From: Candidatus Omnitrophota bacterium
GTDB lineage: Bacteria > Acidobacteriota > Aminicenantia > UBA2199
Assembly (NCBI GenBank): GCA_050258455.1
Contig: JBLMYT010000012.1
Location: forward strand, 65,376 to 129,375
DNA length: 64,000 bases
Direction: 5' to 3'
The translations under genes and the position numbers were made by a program. The notes under the pieces were generated by a model that had not been told where the DNA came from, made no database searches, and worked only from the letters and a program-made list of their open reading frames with translations. This document shows, one piece after another, positions 60,191 through 64,000 of the stretch; the stretch's first letter is position 1, and every line of letters begins with the position of its first letter.

Positions 60191-61072
60191 TCAGACGTCG
60201 GTCTCTTGTCTCAGAACGTAAAGATTTTGGGGGTAAGAAAATTGCTGAATTAAGGCATCGGGTATGCGGAACGTATGGGGATTGCGTTCCACCCAGATGA
60301 CCAGGCCATGGGGATCGGTGAGGTTCAGGACCGGAATGTCCGTGGGGCTGTCGCCGCCGCCGATAACCGGCGGGGTATGACCCACCGCTCTGCGGTAAGC
60401 GTCGACTTTACCCGTTCCGACCGTTACGGGGCCGACCAGGGTATCGGTCAATACCTCGCCATGAACGGGATGGTGAAAAACCGCGGGCTGCATGGCCAGG
60501 ACATGCGATCCCGGAATGCCGAAGCATTCTTCGGCCACCACTTGCACCGAATACCGGTTGGTCGCCGATATAATAAACACTCGGTAATGGGTTTGCCGGA
60601 GGTAAAAGACCAGGGCTTGCATGGCCGGATTGGGAACGGGTACGGGGATTTCCTCGCCTTCGGCTTCGAGAAAACCGGCAGTGGAGCGGAGCGCGTTACG
60701 AGTGGCGTCAATGATCGTGGTAGCGGGGATACCGGCCATGGCTGTCGTCATAAGCGGGTAGGCCACTTCTTTTCCTTCGCGTTCCAATATTTCTTTAAAG
60801 CCTTCCCAGGTTAACGCCATTTTTTGATGATCGACGGTGAGGGGTGCCCGACGTTCGCGTTCATCGATTTTCAACTGCGTAAACAAGGCATCTCCGATGT
60901 CTCCGATCAACAGTGTATTATCCAAATCAAAGACCGCGATTTTTTCGTCAAACGCGTATTCTCCTCGATCGAAGCGGGATTCGATGTATTGGAGGCGTTC
61001 CCCGATTCCCCGGGGAATCCGTGCCATTAACGCGACTGGGTTCATCGATTCAATCTGTTCCTTTCGTTTCAT
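60191..61072 (-). CDS. HAD-superfamily hydrolase
   Basis: VFDLDNTL is motif I (DxDxT). Downstream Ser/Thr and Asp motifs are consistent with the HAD fold. Confidence 0.55.
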   Translation of the reverse strand: MKRKEQIESMNPVALMARIPRGIGERLQYIESRFDRGEYAFDEKIAVFDLDNTLLIGDIGDALFTQLKIDERERRAPLTVDHQKMALTWEGFKEILEREGKEVAYPLMTTAMAGIPATTIIDATRNALRSTAGFLEAEGEEIPVPVPNPAMQALVFYLRQTHYRVFIISATNRYSVQVVAEECFGIPGSHVLAMQPAVFHHPVHGEVLTDTLVGPVTVGTGKVDAYRRAVGHTPPVIGGGDSPTDIPVLNLTDPHGLVIWVERNPHTFRIPDALIQQFSYPQNLYVLRQETDV

Positions 61073-61209
61073 TCCGTTTCCGTTTTATTTTTATTTTTCG
61101 TGGGCATTATAGTATAAAACGCAGAGTAAAACAAGAGTTTCAGGCGCTTGACTTCTCTCTCAAAACAACTTAAAATAAAACCTCATTTCGAAATTAAAGA
61201 CATATTAAT

Positions 61210-61737
61210 ATGGAGGAAAAAGAAATGAAACACCTTTTAAGAGTTTTATCAATCGTTGTTTTCATCGGATTTGTATTTGGCGTTTTTCTGGGACTTCAAG
61301 CCGAAGAAAAAGCCCTGACCTGCAGCAAAGAAGCCAAGAAAGATCAATGCAAGGCCACCTGTTCGGCCAGTTGCAAAGAAGTCTGCTGCCCGATTTGCAA
61401 AACCAAAGTCGATAAAGAGAAATCCGAATTCCGGACCGAATACAAGGATGGCGTTTATTATTTCTGCTCTGAAAAATGCAAAGCCGAATTTGATGCCAAC
61501 CCGACGAAATATGAGCAGGGTTGTCACTATAAATACGTTTACGTTTGTATGACCGATAAGGAAAAATACGCTCAGCCCGGGAAATGCCCGAAGTGCGGAA
61601 CGGAATTACGAAAGACCGAAGCCAAAGTATGCACCTGCGTCGAAATGGCCAAAGGCGGTTGCCAGGCTGCAGCCCCCTGCAAGTCCGAAGCTCCGAAAGG
61701 CGAATGCAAACACGCCACCGAAACTCAGACCAAGTAA
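61210..61737 (+). CDS. secreted Cys-rich metal-binding protein containing a YHS domain
   Basis: A signal peptide. DGVYYFCSEKCKAEFDANPTKY is a YHS/TRASH-like motif, with repeated CxxC pairs. Confidence 0.55.
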   Translation: MEEKEMKHLLRVLSIVVFIGFVFGVFLGLQAEEKALTCSKEAKKDQCKATCSASCKEVCCPICKTKVDKEKSEFRTEYKDGVYYFCSEKCKAEFDANPTKYEQGCHYKYVYVCMTDKEKYAQPGKCPKCGTELRKTEAKVCTCVEMAKGGCQAAAPCKSEAPKGECKHATETQTK

Positions 61738-61775
61738 CAATCGTTTAATTAATTTTAGATAAAAAAATTAAAAAA

Positions 61776-61806
61776 GCCCGGAATGTTTCATTCCGGGCTT
61801 TTTTAT
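61776..61806 (+). terminator. rho-independent terminator (GCCCGGAATG-ttt-CATTCCGGGC followed by TTTTTTATT); A-tract on the 5' side, so possibly bidirectional
   Basis: A perfect 10-bp GC-rich stem followed by a T-run, 38 nt downstream of the stop at 61737. Confidence 0.8.
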
Positions 61807-61816
61807 TATAGATTGA

Positions 61817-62277
61817 GTGCTCCCTTGGACTTGTTTGACCCGCTCTTCCAAACGTTCGGCTCCTTTGACTGAAAGTAAGTCTCCTTGTGGCAAACGTAAG
61901 TCTCTTTTGACTGAAAGTAAGTGTCCTTTGACTAAAAGATAGTCTCTTTGTTGCAAAAGTAAGTCTCCTTTGACTAAAAGTTAGTCTCTTTGTTACAAAA
62001 GTAAGTCTCCTTTGACTAAAAGTTGGTCTCCTTGTTGCAAAAGTTTGTCTATTTTGACTAAAGTTGGTCCTCCTTGTGCGCGAAGTTTGGCTCCTTCCGC
62101 GTCAAGATCGTCTCCTTGTGCGCGGAGTTTGGCTCCTTCCGCGTCAAGATCGTCTCCTTGTGCGCGGAGTTTGGCTCTTTCCGCGTCAGGTTTCGCTCCG
62201 TATGCCCAAAGATCGTCTCCTTGCGCTCAACGTTCGGCTCCTTCCGACCGAAGTTCGCCTCCTTTAAAAACGCATAG
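61817..62277. repeat. array of about 22 degenerate 21-bp direct repeats (consensus about GTCTCCTTTGACTAAAAGTAA, A/B alternation giving a 42-bp higher-order unit)
   Basis: Units were read directly. The AT-rich variants are in the first half and GC-rich variants (GTCTCCTTGTGCGCGGAGTTTG/GCTCCTTCCGCGTCAAGATC, repeated exactly twice) in the second half. There are no unique spacers. Confidence 0.85.
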
Positions 62278-62349
62278 GGAGTGTCAGGAATTTTGTGTAG
62301 ATCGTACAGACGTAGCGCGCTACGTCTCTACAATATCCCTGACACTCTC
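62277..62349. repeat. composite hairpin: outer 12-bp inverted repeat (GGGAGTGTCAGG / CCTGACACTCTC) enclosing REP-like palindrome copy 3 (CGTACAGACGTAGCGCGCTACGTCTCTACA, 62303-62332)
   Basis: Read directly. The core is related to copies at 18457 and 47281, with 2-3 substitutions. Confidence 0.7.
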
Positions 62350-62861
62350 TTTTTTACCGTGATGCGACTCAATCGGTTATTCGAAACCGAAAACTCGATC
62401 GTTCGTCCCATCGAATCCGTTTCTTCGGGAACCGCCCCATGAAGACCGTGTTCGGAAATGATTCCGATTCGATCATACCGGAGGTCGACGAGAAAGTCGG
62501 TTGAAAATGGAAGGGATGCCGATAATCATTTATAGGAGAATAGGCATTCTCCTATTTTCAATTGAATGGGTTTTAATCGTACCATAGTGGAATGTAAAGG
62601 CGAGAGGAGCCAGGCCGAAATGCCTGGCTCCATTTCATTATTAATCTCCCGGTGAGCGGACGCTCACCATGCAATAATCATCCACTTATTCTTCTTTTAG
62701 CCTTATTTTATTTAGCGTTCGGTTTCCGTCAAATCGTCTTCATCGATTCGAATGTACGCCTCAGAAAACAGTGTGCAAAATCTATCCGCGCTGATTTCTC
62801 CTTTCAAGAACGCTTCCAGTGGTTCATATAATTGTTCTTCTTCTCTCATTCTCTACTTTCC

Positions 62862-63125
62862 TTAAAATATTTCATTTGGGGGCCTTGGAAAATTAGAAGT
62901 AATCTGAAAATGGTCAATATAATATTTATTGCCTTTTTTAATTATGTAAATCTCAATCCAACCCAATCTTCTTCCATTCTCAATTGTGGACAAACAAATT
63001 CCGAAGAAGCCTTCTACTTTTCTTAATTCCCTTTCACCTTCATAAACTGAGAGAATCTCATCGATAAAATAAGGGCGCGTTTGGAGTTGAGGGTCATACA
63101 TTTTCATAAATTTTAAGGCTCGCAT
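62862..63125 (-). CDS. hypothetical protein (87 aa) in the AT-rich region
   Basis: An ORF only, in a low-GC context. Confidence 0.3.
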   Translation of the reverse strand: MRALKFMKMYDPQLQTRPYFIDEILSVYEGERELRKVEGFFGICLSTIENGRRLGWIEIYIIKKGNKYYIDHFQITSNFPRPPNEIF

Positions 63126-63187
63126 TTTGTAGTTCTGATCAAGAAAATAATTGTTGAGCTCATTGATGTCTTTATTTCTGAAATCTC

Positions 63188-63397
63188 TTAAAAATTGTTT
63201 ACAAAACTCAATTCTTCTTTATGGGATAGATGAGTAACCATTATCAAAATATCTCTTCTGTAAATAAAAAGAAGAAACCCGACCAGTAGCAATAATAGCA
63301 TCGTATAACCGGTTATTCTCAGAACTTTTTTAAATGCTTCCATGCTCTTCAGCCGCAACCCCTTACCTGGGATTCGATGCCCCTTCAGGTCACTCAT
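63188..63397 (-). CDS. hypothetical small membrane protein
   Basis: One strong TM helix (MLLLLLVGFLLFIY). The start is uncertain. Confidence 0.25.
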   Translation of the reverse strand: MSDLKGHRIPGKGLRLKSMEAFKKVLRITGYTMLLLLLVGFLLFIYRRDILIMVTHLSHKEELSFVNNF

Positions 63398-63405
63398 TTA
63401 CAAAT

Positions 63406-63798
63406 TCAGCGAAAAGATGATAAGGGAACTATATTATATGAAAAATACAATTCTTGTGCTTTTTCCGTCTCCTTAGTAAACACGAAATATCTTATATTAA
63501 AATCTGCAACTTTTTGTATGACAATCCTAGCGTCATCAATATAGGATATGGGAACCTCGTCTTGAGAAATAATATAAATAGTAGAATCCTCTCCTTTCGA
63601 ATCAAGTAATTCACCGATATAGTCAAGCAATTTTCCACTCGATATTATTTTGGATTCGACTCTATAATTGATTTTCCCATTTTTCTTTTCTATCCAGAGA
63701 TAAATGTTCTGGGACGGTTTTGCCGTTATCGAATACACCATTAACCCAAGTAAAACAATCAAACTTAAAACCATTATTTTTATGTTTATACGTTTCAT
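63406..63798 (-). CDS. hypothetical membrane-anchored protein (131 aa from ATG MKRINIK)
   Basis: The ATG at 63798 is preceded by AGGAG. The ORF-track start at 63858 is a GTG that overlaps the upstream stop. N-terminal TM helix IKIMVLSLIVLLGLMVYSI. Confidence 0.35.
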   Translation of the reverse strand: MKRINIKIMVLSLIVLLGLMVYSITAKPSQNIYLWIEKKNGKINYRVESKIISSGKLLDYIGELLDSKGEDSTIYIISQDEVPISYIDDARIVIQKVADFNIRYFVFTKETEKAQELYFSYNIVPLSSFR

Positions 63799-63802
63799 TT
63801 TA

Positions 63803-64000
63803 TTAATCTCCTGTATACCTTCTATATACTGATTTTTTTTCAAATTCAAATTCACCACGTACCGTGCTTACTTTATATCTATGAGCGCTGATACTTGATA
63901 ATTCTCCCTTTTTATTGATTATCATAAAACCACAATGCCCCGATCTATCGGTTTGAGGAGTTGCTGCCACATCTCCGGGTAGCAGTTTTTCTCCTTTTTT
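63803..64000 (-). CDS. C-terminal fragment of a protein ending in an NlpC/P60-like (papain-fold) domain; the gene continues beyond the window
   Basis: The frame is open from the window edge to the stop at 63803-63805. The sequence LLPGDVAAT...SGHCGFMIINKKGELSSISAH resembles the NlpC/P60 C-terminal His/His region. Confidence 0.3.
   Translation of the reverse strand, partial: KKGEKLLPGDVAATPQTDRSGHCGFMIINKKGELSSISAHRYKVSTVRGEFEFEKKSVYRRYTGD

Noticed and set aside
61817-62277. The 21-bp repeat array considered as a CRISPR array
   Set aside because: All units are variants of one motif. There are no unique spacers, no 28-37-bp repeat length, and no cas genes nearby.
62012-62362. Three overlapping + strand ORFs with repetitive SLAPSASRSSPCAR-like products
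   Set aside because: These are artefacts of the 21/42-bp periodicity, which is a multiple of 3. There is no ribosome-binding site, and they lie in an intergenic array.

Overview
The window is a bacterial chromosomal segment of about 50% GC with an AT-rich tail from roughly 62.3 kb onward. Its promoters are canonical sigma70-type (TTGACA/TATAAT-like), so it is not from a Bacteroidetes-type promoter lineage. No rRNA, tRNA or CRISPR was found.

Most of the window is ordinary core and metabolic genes:
- Core genes: secA, guaB, ahcY, murJ, purM, ftsY, the riboflavin genes ribD-ribE-ribBA, rlmH, FKBP and rocD.
- Metabolic and transport operons: a cysteine-type NAD-dependent formate dehydrogenase (FdsG-FdsB-FdsA) and a CusCBA heavy-metal RND efflux operon.

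The standout locus is a compact + strand cluster at 7.4-12.4 kb. It holds a radical SAM/SPASM enzyme, then a small ORF with a GGAGG ribosome-binding site encoding a roughly 75-aa leader followed by about four near-identical 28-aa (84-nt) tandem repeats that each carry an invariant Cys-Cys. Directly after it comes a 1083-aa sensor with periplasmic beta-propeller repeats, a Y_Y_Y domain, a transmembrane segment and a PP2C/SpoIIE phosphatase. This looks like an undescribed multi-core RiPP-like (ribosomally synthesized, post-translationally modified peptide) maturation system, possibly paired with a dedicated sensor. Two tandem paralogous multi-pass membrane proteins and a secreted hypothetical lie just upstream of it.

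Other points worth a second look:
- A roughly 460-bp array of about 22 degenerate 21-bp direct repeats beside a REP-like palindrome.
- A 30-bp perfect palindrome present at three intergenic loci, plus half-site relics.
- A terminal AT-rich stretch with the C-terminal fragment of an NlpC/P60-like domain and small membrane ORFs, possibly a toxin/immunity tail.
- An AAA ATPase with a PD-(D/E)XK nuclease domain next to a secreted NucA nuclease, and an RNase T2.

Several ORF-track starts appear to be alternative upstream GTG/TTG codons. Internal ATG starts with a ribosome-binding site are preferred where noted.
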